Source: Balanoglossus misakiensis (Eukaryota > Animalia > Hemichordata). From it: a stretch of DNA of 64,000 bases. Shown here one piece after another: positions 1 through 12,600 of this stretch. The stretch spans positions 10,247,309 through 10,311,308 of the forward strand of contig CM082591.2 of the NCBI GenBank assembly GCA_040954595.2, written 5' to 3'. Numbering within the stretch: position 1 is the stretch's first letter; each line of letters begins with the position of its first letter. Under the pieces are notes generated by a model, which was given only the letters and a program-made list of their open reading frames with translations, was not told the DNA's origin and made no database searches. The position numbers and the translations under genes were made by a program.

Positions 1-1521
1 TTACGGCCAGGAGAGAGCATAAAAGTCTTCAAATGACCATGTGGTGGCGCACTTTTTCCGATTGGCTGTATTTCAATTTGTTCGTGGTAAATTAATTCTG
101 TGGAGGTGACTGGCACTGAAGCTCTTAGCTAGGATGAGGTGGGATGGAAAAATGCCCCATTTTAGCTGTTTTAAAATATACGACTATTTATAGACAAAAG
201 GAAAATAAAACAAGCGCAAAAACATACCAAACCTAGTTTTATTAATTAAAAACAAAATTGCTGAGTAAAGGTTTTCATGTGGGCATTCACTTTGAACTTG
301 CTAAATTAATTTAAAGAGACAAAGTCGCTCTCTCTTTGTCCTTTTGCGATGATAGAATGCTTGCTTGAAGTCTCTCGTGCAATAAATGATGTCGATTCAT
401 ACATGTATGGATGGTGTATAGGTGGTCGGAATTTACATGTCTTTGCCACGACCAAACCAACAACACGTAAAATCAAAGTTTGGGTCATGAAATCGAGTTT
501 TGTTACAGTCTAGAATTTCATGCCACCCCTTATGGTCATATTATTCTTGGTAGGCAAAAGTGACAAGTAGTCAAGTTTCAACACAGGCAACATTTTTTAC
601 AAACAAACCACAAAGAAGACATCAAAAGGGAGAGAATTATAGAATGGTCAATGTGTGAAAAGTTAAGATACGTAAAGTGGCCGGGTTCAACATTAACTCA
701 TCGACTTCATATCGTCTTCATGCCATGGTTTTTGCCTGCCCTGAAAGTTCTTGTCGTTGCAGAAGTGGTTTTGACAGAAAGAATTTAGTCTTCCGGGATG
801 TTTGTGATTATTTGAACACCAGAAAATACAATGCAACCTTGACTTCCAAAATACTTACCGGCATTGCATTATCTTACCATGGTTAGGCCTACAGTGAACA
901 AATTTTCAACAATATTTTCTGAGTTACCGCTGATATTTGTTTTGTAGTATGGATATTAAATTATACATCCCTATACAAAGCAGAATGTTATAGAATCCTT
1001 CCTGAGTGATATTGAAAAAATTACCGGAATGCTACCGCCTAATCTATGGTTAGGGTTATTGCTATTATTTTATATCAGTAATCGACTTTGTGTATATCAA
1101 TGTCATTTTCATAACGAAAATGAACTCGAGTCTAATGTAAACGTTACGAATTGATCGAAAGGCGCTCTGATGAATGTTAACACGAGTGCGCAGTGACAAG
1201 ACATGCATCGTGCATGACAGTGACAACAGTTCCTATAGAGCAGTTAAAAAATAAACCGGCCGTCCGTAAATTTATCAGCTATATTTTTTTTTATTTAGTC
1301 ACGTTTTTCCTGTTGCATGCTATTAGTTCAGGGGCCAGTTTTAGCAGTGCTCTATTGAGTACTTTCGTATCGATGGATTGATCTCTCGTCCAATCAGAAT
1401 GGCGGATGGTAGCATGATCCGACATATTGCGTATTACAATAGGGCTTCCTCATACAGGTCAGAACGGCGAGGTCATTCCTTTTATTTTAGGACGTCTCAG
1501 CTCCTTTGTCTTTTCTGTTAT
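1..1521. repeat. Direct repeat copy 1 (>=1.5 kb, runs off the left edge); near-identical to 28272-29794
   Basis: The sequence from ttacggccaggagagagcat to gtcttttctgttat recurs at 28272-29794 with scattered SNPs/indels. ORFs 306-488, 677-886 and 1193-1381 recur at 28578, 28950 and 29466. Confidence 0.95.
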
Positions 1522-1825
1522 AGTGTTAAAGAAATCAAACGGTTTTGTTTTGGCCGGTAAACACCGATGGATTAACTCTTAAGTCCATCGTGCATCCAAA
1601 CGCAGTCGAGTCGGTTTGGTCATTGTTTATGCGACAGTAAATGCCAAATGTGACAGAAGCATCATATTAAAATATAGCTGCAAGCAGCGATAGCGGGCCC
1701 AAGCCGAAATAGCACATAGCAACATAGCAATAAGCAATACTGTTGGGTGCTTATTCGTGTGAAATATAAAGTTATGATGCTGTTAATTTATGTAGGAATT
1801 TTCATTCATGTCAGTTTAAGGTGGA

Positions 1826-2000
1826 AGGTCCTGTGAGGTCACTGTAAATTTGGGGCAAAAAGTGTGGACCCCCATACTGGTGTATGTGAAACAAAAACCA
1901 AACTCTACTTGCACTGGTTAGCGTGGAATTAGGTATGTACATAATTTATGAGATAGGCAGGTGTAGCAGGTGCCTTGCAAATGAAGCTTGTCATTTTTGG
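1826..2000. repeat. Degenerate single monomer of the 239-bp Helentron subterminal satellite
   Basis: aggtcctgtgaggtcactgtaaatttggggcaaaa...ggaattaggtatgtacataatttatgagataggcaggtgt aligns by eye to the monomers at 24654-26720. Confidence 0.75.
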
Positions 2001-2190
2001 CACATAGTGTACATTGATGTTTAATGATTGAAGGAGTGTTGAATGTAGTTAACGTAGGTTTGTTGATAGTTAGGCATTAGAAGAAGTTGACAAGGAAAAA
2101 ATTAGAGTCAAGAGGCAGTTGTAAATAAGTAGGCAGTTATTTATTTTAATCTCTGGCTGAACATAGAGGTTAAGAGGAATGGGAAACTGT

Positions 2191-2849
2191 GGGGTTGAAG
2201 TTATCAAGATATACTCATATGCTGTGATGCTGAAGCAAAATGCAGTAAAAAATATAAATAGAAAAGTGAAACAAATATTTCTCAAGAATGTAAAATAACA
2301 ACAGTCGAACTGTATTGAACTTGTGCACATAGTAAAAAACATAGTTCACAAGTTGTCGTTAAAAAACAAAGCTTTGCAAAGAATGTTAAAGGGACAAAGT
2401 CTGTATCTCGCTGCCCTTTGGTTTTGAACTATGGGTTTGAAGTTATGAAGATAGACTCATATGCTGTGATGCTCAAGTTAAATGCAGTAAAAAATATAAA
2501 TAGAAAAGTGAAACAAAGATTTCTCAAGAATGTTAAATAACAACAGTCGAACTGTATTGAACTTGTGCACATAGTAAAAAACATAGTTCACAAGTTGTCG
2601 TTAAAAAACAAAGCTTTCCAAAGAATGTTAAAGGGACAAAGTCTGTATCTTGCTGCCCTTTGGTTTTGAACTATGGGTTTGAAGTTATGAAGATATACTC
2701 ATATGCTGTGATGCTCAAGTTAAATGCAGTAAAAAATATAAATAGAAAAGTGAAACAAAGATTTCTCAAGAATGTTAAATAACAACAGTCGAACTGTATT
2801 GAACTTGTGCACATAGTAAAAAACATAGTTCACAAGTTGTCGTTAAAAA
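2191..2849. repeat. 242-bp tandem repeat (~2.7 copies; third copy resumes at 3435 after a HINE insertion)
   Basis: gaagttat(c/g)aagat recurs at 2197, 2439 and 2681. The unit includes a ttaaagggacaaagtc MITE terminus. Confidence 0.9.
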
Positions 2850-3434
2850 TCGCGTCAAGGACACGGCGGTCCCATTGAGTTATTACACAAGAAAAAGTCT
2901 ACACCGGAGTATATGGCCATATACAGACAGAGACACACACACACACATAGCGAGAGATCAATGGGCAAGCACTGACTGACCCATAAGCTGCCAATGGCAT
3001 ATGTACTGTACATACACTAAATAGAACAGCTGGTCTCTTTAAAACTTAGCCAGTTATGTAATCATTCAAGGAATTTGCTGTGTAAATCAATCACACCGGG
3101 AACTTTTTGCCTAATTAAAGCAACTCAATAAAGTAAATACACACCACTGTGCAAAGCAATCTGACCAGTACTTCTTGAGTTGTTGAGTTTTGACCAAATT
3201 GACATTTTTCCAGCTAATTTGCATATTTTTGGCAATGACACCTTCATTTGAACGAGCTCCCATCTACAGCCCAGCCTGCATCTGCACACCAAATACCAAG
3301 GTGATACACGCAGTGGTTTTCAAGTGTTTGATGTGGACGGACGGACGGACATACATACATACATACATACATACATACAGACGCAACCGATCCCATAAGG
3401 TCCCATGGTATATAGGCCTATACCAATGGGACCT
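2850..3434 (-). mobile_element. Nested non-autonomous Helentron (HINE/DINE-1-like), ~585 bp
   Basis: Terminal palindrome aggtcccat...aatgggacct (3398-3434), (TACA)n/(GGAC)n microsatellite, inverted subTIR ggtcccattg (2868-2877) and small hairpin cgcgtc-aag-gacacg. It splits the A-run gtcgttaaaaa|aaacaaagc of the 242-bp repeat without a TSD. Confidence 0.88.
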
Positions 3435-3634
3435 AAAAAACAAAGCTTTCGAAAGATGTTAAAGGGATAAAGTCTGTCTCGCGCTGCCCTTTCTATTAAT
3501 AATATTTGATAGAAGGCACCGTTCATATTATTCTACATGTGGATATATAGAGAATCCACATTCAATGACTAACAACTTGCATCGTGTTTGTAGGATATGA
3601 TAGTGGGAGAAACGCTATGAAATGAGTATGGTAA

Positions 3635-6600
3635 CTACTGTGAGTGAAGGGTGAATGATGTGATGACGCGGCTGTGTATGTCATATGTAATGGAGAAGTC
3701 ATGAGTTTCAGTCAGGAAGGTGGATGCTATGTTATCAGAAGTGAAGAGTACGAGTGGGTTTCCTTGTGGTTGGCCGTAATGTTGGGGGTTCAATGTAGAT
3801 ATGTATGCTGTAAGTGTGGTTTTGTGAAAGTATAGTTCCAGGTATTCGTCATTGTGTTGTACTGTAATTGAACCGGTGAACTGGATGGGCATGTTTGTGG
3901 TATGTTGAGACGAGTGGCATTTTGTGCATTTGATCAGAGTTGGGAGTGTATCATTTGGGTATGGTATGGTTTGGTTGCAGTTGTGTTTTATACATGTCAG
4001 CGTTTTTTGGAATGAGCATAGGTGTGGTTTGGTTATCAGGGTGTTTGTGTTTGGGTCAGTGTAGTGAGTGGTGTAGTTTTGCAGTGTTGTGGTTGGTGTG
4101 ATTTTTGTGTTTGTGTGTGTGGATAAGTATTTTTGGCCGAGGTAAGATCTAACTGTGACTTCATTGAAACTGTATGATGTGTTAATGTGTAGGCTGTTGG
4201 TGAATGGCCCCCAAGCTGACAAGCGAATGGCTGCGGTGTTATCGGAAATTATGTTGTTTCTCATGGGAAGTGTTTTGTGTGTAGATTTTAAGCCATATTG
4301 AATATTGTCCTGTTGTATGATGTGTGCAGTGATGTTGACATGTTCGTAATCTTTTTTCATGTGGACTGTATTTAGGGGAGTGATGATGTTTGGTTGCTGA
4401 CAATGAGGGAATGTGCATGTATTGATGATTTTTATGGTTGTGTTAATTTGCAGTTTGATTTCGTCTTCGTCAAGTTTGTTAAAGCATGGTTGAAATTTTA
4501 TGTCATAGAGAGTAATGGGTAGTTTCCCTGTAGCTGCAATGTTGAGTGAGTCGTAATGTTTTTGTGCTGAAAATGATATGAATCTGATGTATGTGCTGGT
4601 GTTTGTTTGTAGCTGTCCGGTCAGTCTTGTGCCTGTCTGATGCAAGTTGTGGACATACCCAGTGGCTGTTGTTGGTTTGGTTGTTGCAGATGCTGGATTG
4701 TGAATTTGTAGCATTCTTCGTTTCATGGAAGGAGCTGGAAATATAGACAGTAATAGTGTGATTGTGTAGTGAATGTTAAGGGTGTGTATTTCAGTTGCTG
4801 AGAATATAGATAAGTGGAAGTTAAAGGGACAAAGTCCTCTCTTGCTGCTGTTTTAACATTAATTATGTTTGATGCAAAACACTGTTTATGTAATTCTACA
4901 AGTAGATATATAGTGAATTAATGTTTGACCATATACAACTTTTATGGTGCTTGTTGACATATTGAAATGATTAATTATTCTGTACTGTGTATTCATAGAG
5001 GCGAATTTGTACTGTTGTATGATATAAACGGGGTGGAAGTTGTGTGTTGTTGAACATTGCAGGTTCACTATATCCACATAGAATAACATAAATGGTGTGT
5101 TTGACAAAACATAATTACAGGAAAGGGAGAGACTTTGTTGCTGTAACGGGAACAGTATACACATGATGATTGACAATGAGGGCAACAGTGTATTTTGATG
5201 ACCGAGGGCACTACTAGTCGGAACTAAAATAGTGTTGTTTGGAAAACAGACTGGTTTGGTGTGACTGGCAGTCCCGAGGTCATCAAAAATACACTGTTCC
5301 CTAAATATGTCAGTCATCATGTGTTTTATAACACACCAAACACGACACACACCACATCCAGGCAACACTACCGGGCAGAAACAGATCGAACTGATGCCTT
5401 AGAGAACAGTGCGAAATGACTAAGGTCATGTAAGAGCATTTTGACGAATTGCAATCGAGGGTTCACTGCATGGTGGTTCACTGCATGGTGTGTTATGTTT
5501 TGCAACAAGTAAGAGTAGAAACTCTGCACACAACAAATTAGTATAAGCAGGTACTCATTGTTATGTGAAAGTGCCAACCCTAATCAACATTGCATCACCT
5601 ATGTGTGTGTAAAAACCATGGCTTCCCCGTTGCAATTTTGACGGTTTAGTCTCCTGACGAGTGACCTTAGTGACTAATGAAACAACATTGTAGAGATTAT
5701 TTACTGCCTATTGTTTTGCAATTACTGTGACTTTTTATTCTGGTCTGGTGAGATATTGAGCACTTTGTATGAGACTAGTTGAACCACATACGGCGTGAAC
5801 AGAAATGCATACAGAAATTATATCGGTATGATTATGGTAACTTGAGTTTGCGTTAATTGCTTTGAAGTTGTACTCACCATGTTCTGGTGCTGTACTGGTA
5901 CTGGGAAACAGTTGTCTTTTTGCTGTTGTAGATGCTGTTGAAAGGAATACATGTGTGTTAGGAGCTTGTTGGGATTGGGGTGTATACAAGAAACTGTTCA
6001 ATAGGAATGTGTCATTTGAATTGTGTGATAATAGTAATTGTGGAGCCCATGTTCTTGTTGTTGTGACTTTGGGATGTAAAGGAAAATGGTGTGTCTGCTT
6101 TTGGAATGGAAGGTTGCAGTGTGGATTGTATGCTGTAAGCATGTGACACCTGGTATAGTGTAAATCAGTGTGTTAACAAAATTGGATGTTGTTCATTGTT
6201 GTGGGATAAGAAATGACAGTGGCACATGTTGAGGTGAAGCCTAATTTTAAACTAGTATAGTTTGGTATGGGATGTAATTGAATGGAGTGAGATATACTGA
6301 AATCAATGAAGCCGGCAGAGCTGACACTGCTTGGATTATTTTCCTGATTTTATTTCCTTACTTAAAATGGTTCATATGTAAGGAAAGTGACAGGATTACA
6401 TGAACACCTTTTTGGACACATGACTGAAAGTGTATGTTGGAATTTAAAAATGCTATGTATTGAGGGAGTGCTGCATCGATTTAGTCAGTGTCTATAAAAA
6501 GAGTACATAGCTTTTATGGTATGTGTAAGCAGGAGATGATAAACTGATGCAAATAATACTAGAGATTTTCGAGGAAAGAGGATATATTTGAAGAATTTTA

Positions 6601-9600
6601 TGGAGGGGAAAATGTGGGAAATTTTGCAGGTGTAAGCGCTTTAAGAGGTCTAAGGAATTTGTGTAGCGTGTGTGGAAATCATATCGAGAGGTACATACCA
6701 TGTGAAGATGATGGTGGATTGCTGGCTTCAGTGGCTTGTATGTCCATGGTTTGTGTGGTAGTGGGCATTGTTACTGGACTGGAAGCTGTTCAGGAAATAG
6801 AGACATGTAGAAATTGTTGTCTATGTGGAAGCAATGGTGGATTTTAATGTCGAAAGAAATGTGAACAGTGTTGTTGCTTCTTGTTTGTGAAGCTAAGCCG
6901 AAACACTCTGTGTGATACGTCTGGTAGTATGGAACAAGGGAGATGTTCTTTGCGGGGAATCAGTGCTGAGTAAAATGTTATAGAATGATACTTACCATAT
7001 GTACATGATGGTGGATTGCTGTCTGCAGTGGCTTGCTTGCCCATGGTTTGTGTGAAAGGTGGTGTTGTAGCTGGCATTCCTATTAGAATGGAAGCTATTT
7101 AGGAGAAGAAAATGTTGAATATGTAATGTAGGTAAAGTTGATGATGAATAGGAATTTAAGGGACTTGCTAAATGCTCAGTTACGGTGTAATATGGTTGAA
7201 CTGTGAGTGACTTCCATTTTGGGGGTTATTACTTTAGTATGGTTGCGTTGTATGGATAACTGTACTTTTTGCAGAGCCATTGTGTACTATTCAGCATTGT
7301 TTTAAAATAAATGGGAATATGGACTTCACTTGAGAAGCTGAACACAGCGAAGATTTCATGAAGTTGTGCAAAGTAGAAGGGAGCGGAGTTGAAGCATGGG
7401 GGAATATAATACAGGGAAAAAAGTGTCAAAATCAGGATGACTAGTGGAGTCGAAATGTTAGTTATGTATTGTAAGGTTGGATGTTTAAAAAGGGAACTGG
7501 GGTGGAAAGGTTAGGACTGTATGGAAAGAAAAAGTTACATACACGGCCTTAAAGCTGATGTAGCTGTCAAATGTCACATATATTTTCCCGAAGTGAAATA
7601 GTTTAAATGTATTGCCTATGCTGTGAGAGCCTTATTATTAGGTGATATAACTTGCATTTCCATTATTTTGTTATCTCTTGGTAATGCATACCGTGATAGC
7701 TGATGTGTACTGTTTGTAAGGAAGCTGATTAAAGGGACAAAGTCTCTCTGCAGCTACCCCTTTTCCATTAATTATGTTTGATACAAGACACTGGTTGTGT
7801 TAATGTAAATGTGGATATAGAGTGAATCAATGATCAACCACACAAAACTTCCATCCCACTTGTATGGTATGAGAGTAAAAACTCGCCCGAAATGAATAAA
7901 TGGTAAAGAACAATTATTCATTTTGGCGAGTTTTTTCACTCTCCTGTCTATAAGAGGGATGGAAGTTGTGTGTGGTTGAATGTTCATTTGCTTTATATCC
8001 ACAAGTAGAATAACAAACAGCGTCTTGTATCAAATATAATTAATGGAAAAAAGGGCAGCGAGAGAGAGACTATGTCCCTTTAAATTGGTGTGGCACTGTC
8101 TGAATACATAGGATTTTCCAATGACTACATACTACGACAATTCCATATTTATTAGTGAGCTTATTTAGATTGAGTAATTTTAGTTGGGAAATAAAATCAA
8201 GAAAAGTATGGGAAAAAATATCAGCTGTAGAGGTTTTTATGAGAAACTGTTATTGGAAATAATAAAAATGTATAATACTTACATGTACTTGGTGTACATG
8301 GTAATGTAGGTGGTGGTGTGTCTGTAAATTTTAAAGATGAAAGAAGTATTGGGTGTTATAATAATACTTAATTTGTCAGGGCTTGCAGTGTACGCAAAGG
8401 GCGAAACAAAGTTGCATGAAAGTGTATGTGAATTATGTAGAACAAACAATAGACAAGGAGGGTTTCAATTAAGATGGCATTGCAGGAAAAGTTGTAATTT
8501 GGGCAACTTTGAGTTTTGTACATAAATTGGTAGGTGTAATACTGATCCACATTCGGACAAATTGCTTTTTGGTGGAAATGGTGCATAATCATTGGAAAGT
8601 AGCACTTTCCAGAATGAGTCCACAGCTGCAGAAATAGGTGTCAGCAATGCAAATTGTTGCTTTTACTAGTTTGCATTTTTGCTGCTTTGGACTACTTCAG
8701 AAGATTGTGTTTTCTGTGCATTGGCGAAATTTGCTGGAATTTTAACAAGAAATTGTGTATGACATATGTAGCAATATGAAAATATTTTTAGTCAATAAAG
8801 TGTCACTGGCAGTAATAAACTCTGATTCAACGTAAATTTGCTCAAATGTTCTAAAAATCTAACTTCCAAATGTTGCTTCCTTAATGGGAGCAGATAACAT
8901 CAAACGGAATTTTGGTATTTTTGCATGTGCACTGTAGTTTTGAATGATATATTAAGATGCATGATGCATGGTGAACTTTTTTACCTGATTTCAAGTGAAT
9001 GGCATAAGATAGTGGTACATACCATGTGAAGATGATGGTGGATTGCTGGGTTCAGTGGCTTGTATGTCCATGGGTTGTGTGGTAGTGGGCATTGTTACTG
9101 GACTGGAAGCTGTTGAGGAAATAGAGACACAGAGAAATTATTGTCTATGTGGAAGTAATGGTGGATTTTAATGTCGAAAGAAATGTGAACAGTGTTGTTG
9201 CTTCTTGTTTGTGAAGCTAAGCCAAAGCACTCTGTGTGATACGTCTGGTAGTATGGAACAAGGGAAATGTTCTTTGAGGGGAATCAGTGCTGAGTAAAAT
9301 GTTATAGAATGATACTTACCATATGTACATGATGGTGGATTGCTGTCTGCAATGGATTGTTTGCCCATGGTTTGTGTGAAAGGTGGTGTTGTAGTTGGCA
9401 TTCCTATTTGAATGGAAGCTGTCAAGAGAATAGAAATTTGTGAAATATGTGGTGTAATGGGAAGTGATGATGGATTGTAATTTGGAAAGTGTGAAGTGTG
9501 TTGGGTTTATTATCATTTGAGCTGTATACATTTTGAATCTAGAACCTTAAGGTGGCTTTGCATGAAAAGTTTTGATTTTTGCCAGTTTGTACTTTTTACA

Positions 9601-12600
9601 GAAATCGGTAGGTCTAATACTGATCCACATCCTGACTAATATGTCTTGGCGGAAATGGTTCATAATCAGCCAAAAATAGCACTTTTGTGAATGAGACACA
9701 TGTTAACAAATAGGTGTCAACAATGCAAATAACCGGTTTTCTCAGTTTGCATTTTTGCTGCTCTTGACAACTTCAGAGGAATTTAGCTTCGCTGTGTGTT
9801 GGCCGAATTTGCTCAAATTTTAACAGGGGATTGTGTATGACCCATCTTTTTGTTAGTTGATAAAGTGTCCATGCCGGGAATAAACTCAGATTCAGTACAA
9901 CTCACCATGAATGTGATCAAATTTTTCTGAAAATCTAACTTTCAAACGCTGTTACTCCTCAATGGAAGCAGATAACGCAAAACGAAATGACCGTTTTTTT
10001 TGCATGTGTACTGTAGTTGTGAATGATATATTAAGATGCATGATGCATGGTCAACTGTTTGCCTAATGTAAACTGAATGACATAATATCAAGATACGGGG
10101 TTTTTAACCCAAAAAGGGCACCATTATTGGGGATAAATAATATATGCAACTTAAACAGAAGTTCTGAAACTCAGCTGTCAAAATATATACGGTTTGTGGG
10201 GGTTTTAACGTTGTCTTTGATGAGAAATGGGCCTCTGAAAAAGTCTCGACGGTTTCATGCAATGCCACCTGAAAGTGGTGATGTTTGGTTAGTATTATTG
10301 TTTTCTGTATGAAGTGCACTTTGCTGGTGACATTTAAATCAATGTTCACTATTTTTGAAACAGGCAATTTTGAGAGAAGAGCATTGTCGTTGTTGTTAAA
10401 TGAAATGAATTGAAATGTGGAGCCTTTTTTGAGTAATGTGAATGGATTAATTGTCTATGGTGGCAAGTCTCGGTGCTTATGAATACATAAACTTTGTGTG
10501 TGTGGACACAAGCGACTGAAACGATTAATTCTCTGTGTTTATGAAATGCAAATAGTGTTGAGGAAACGTGTGGGATTTTTTTCCGAGTGTGACAGCGGTA
10601 ATATAGAATCACATGTGTATGTCGATAAGATGTTTACTTATACCTATGACATTTTAATATGGTCAATTATGCCGTGTTTAGAAATGTGGTTATTATAATA
10701 CTTACTAGGCGAAGGGAATGGAGTAGTTGATGGTAAAGGTGGTGGTGGAGGTAGTTGTGGTGTTCCTGTCAAATCTGCATGGTTAAAAAAATAGAAATGG
10801 TAGAGTAAATTGATTGGAAGTTAATTTGCATTAATGTATATAATTAAGCTATACTGGTATGAATTTCTGATCAAAATGTGGTTGTCATGGTTTTTGCAAT
10901 GTGGAAATCTGGTAGATTGGAAAAGTGTTGCAGCGTTGTAATCCTATGGCAAGTACACAAGTATCTTTAGTGCCACACGTGCCGTCAACGCCGCCGCAGC
11001 GGCTGCCCTAGGGTGGTGTTAATTTGTAAGTCCCACGTGTGAAAAGGTGAGAGCGGCCCTGCACCGCCCTTTTTTTGTGACGGTGTTGAGGGGTGGGATC
11101 TGGGTCGGGGCGCTGCACTAAACAGTGATTCAAATCACGTGTGAACAGAAACACTGCACTAAACGCCGATCTAAATGCACTATGCCGACGCGGTTTGTCT
11201 CATTAAGCGCTGCATTAAGCGTTGAGGTTCACTTTACTGAAACAATGGCCGAAGCAGTGTCTCAAGGCAACAATTGGAGTGACGCGGAAATGGCCAAGAC
11301 ACATACACAGGAATTGCAAACTCGACCTTCGACGACGATTTTGTAGCATGGACTGCAGTCTTCCAATCGCAACCTCCAATGAAAGGTTACCATAAACGGG
11401 TATGGTGTTATTGAAATGCCCATAAAATCGGCGTTGACGACGTGTAAAAAGCAAATTCAAGAGTACCATATACAGTAAACACACACTGCTGTGGACGCGC
11501 GTAGAGTGATGGCCCCGTCCCTTTTATACACATGTGAGTGCAAAAGTATTTATGTCGCTGATAAGAAATGTTTACAAACTTTTATAATCCCAAAAAGGGC
11601 GACCTAACCATGGAACGTGTGCAAGCGGCTATGGTCATGAAAGTTTCAGCAGTGCTAATGTGTTGTGTACACTACAAAATAATCCGTGCTGATTAATCCT
11701 CTGGCAACCATGCTACTTGTCACATGCTACCTGGCAGCTCAAGAAAGTGGTGGTAAGTTTCATGCAAATAGGCGTGCACGTACATTGTAGGTAGTTAACA
11801 GCATCAGAAAACCTCCCTTGAGGAGGTTATAATTAAAGTGTGAGTGTCTTGGTCAACACTTGTAGAGAAATATGTTGGTTGTTTTGGAGAGGCAATACCA
11901 GCCACACTTAGTCATTGTTATGACAATCTCTGTCTACCAAGAGCATTTGTGCAGAGGGTTTTCTTCATGTTTGAAATCGCTGTGAGAATTAAACTGTTTC
12001 CTGCAAAAATTCTGCTGCAATCAGATGACAAATTCATGCAAATACCGCTAATGTAGCTTAATGGGTTTTATTGTAAAGCATGGGGAGAAGATTGAAGCAT
12101 GTATCGTTGGTGAAGAAATTGTAAAATGTGGCAGCTGTAGGGGTTTAATAAAATGAGTAGTGACAATGCGGACATTGAATGGAAAACATCATGAGCGCAT
12201 TGGACTGTCTGCTGATTGTCTGCTGCTATAGATTTGAATGGGAATTACGGGTAGGTTGTTGGTGAAAATTTAGGGTTAGGTTACGGTTAAGGTATGACTG
12301 TATTTAAAATGACTGAATTGATTGAGTTTTATGAATGAAGTCAAGTTTTGTGCTGCGAACACCAGTAAATCTATAGCAGTATCTGCTACATTCACTGCAG
12401 GTAAACTATATTCAAATGTTAATGCTAACCATGTGTAGTAGAGAATGGTAGAGTCCTAGACACATAATGCCGATGCACACTGTGGGTTGACCTTAGTATG
12501 AATAGATTAGCTAAGTAAGGGTTTACAAGAAAGAAATGTTGTTTACTAAATAGAAATATAATAATTGAAATGAAATAAATAGGATGACTATGCCAAATGA

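Noticed and set aside
12268-12292. Telomere-like ttagggttagg tract (also ~30606-30665)
   Set aside because: Only 2-4 degenerate units, commonly seen inside TEs.
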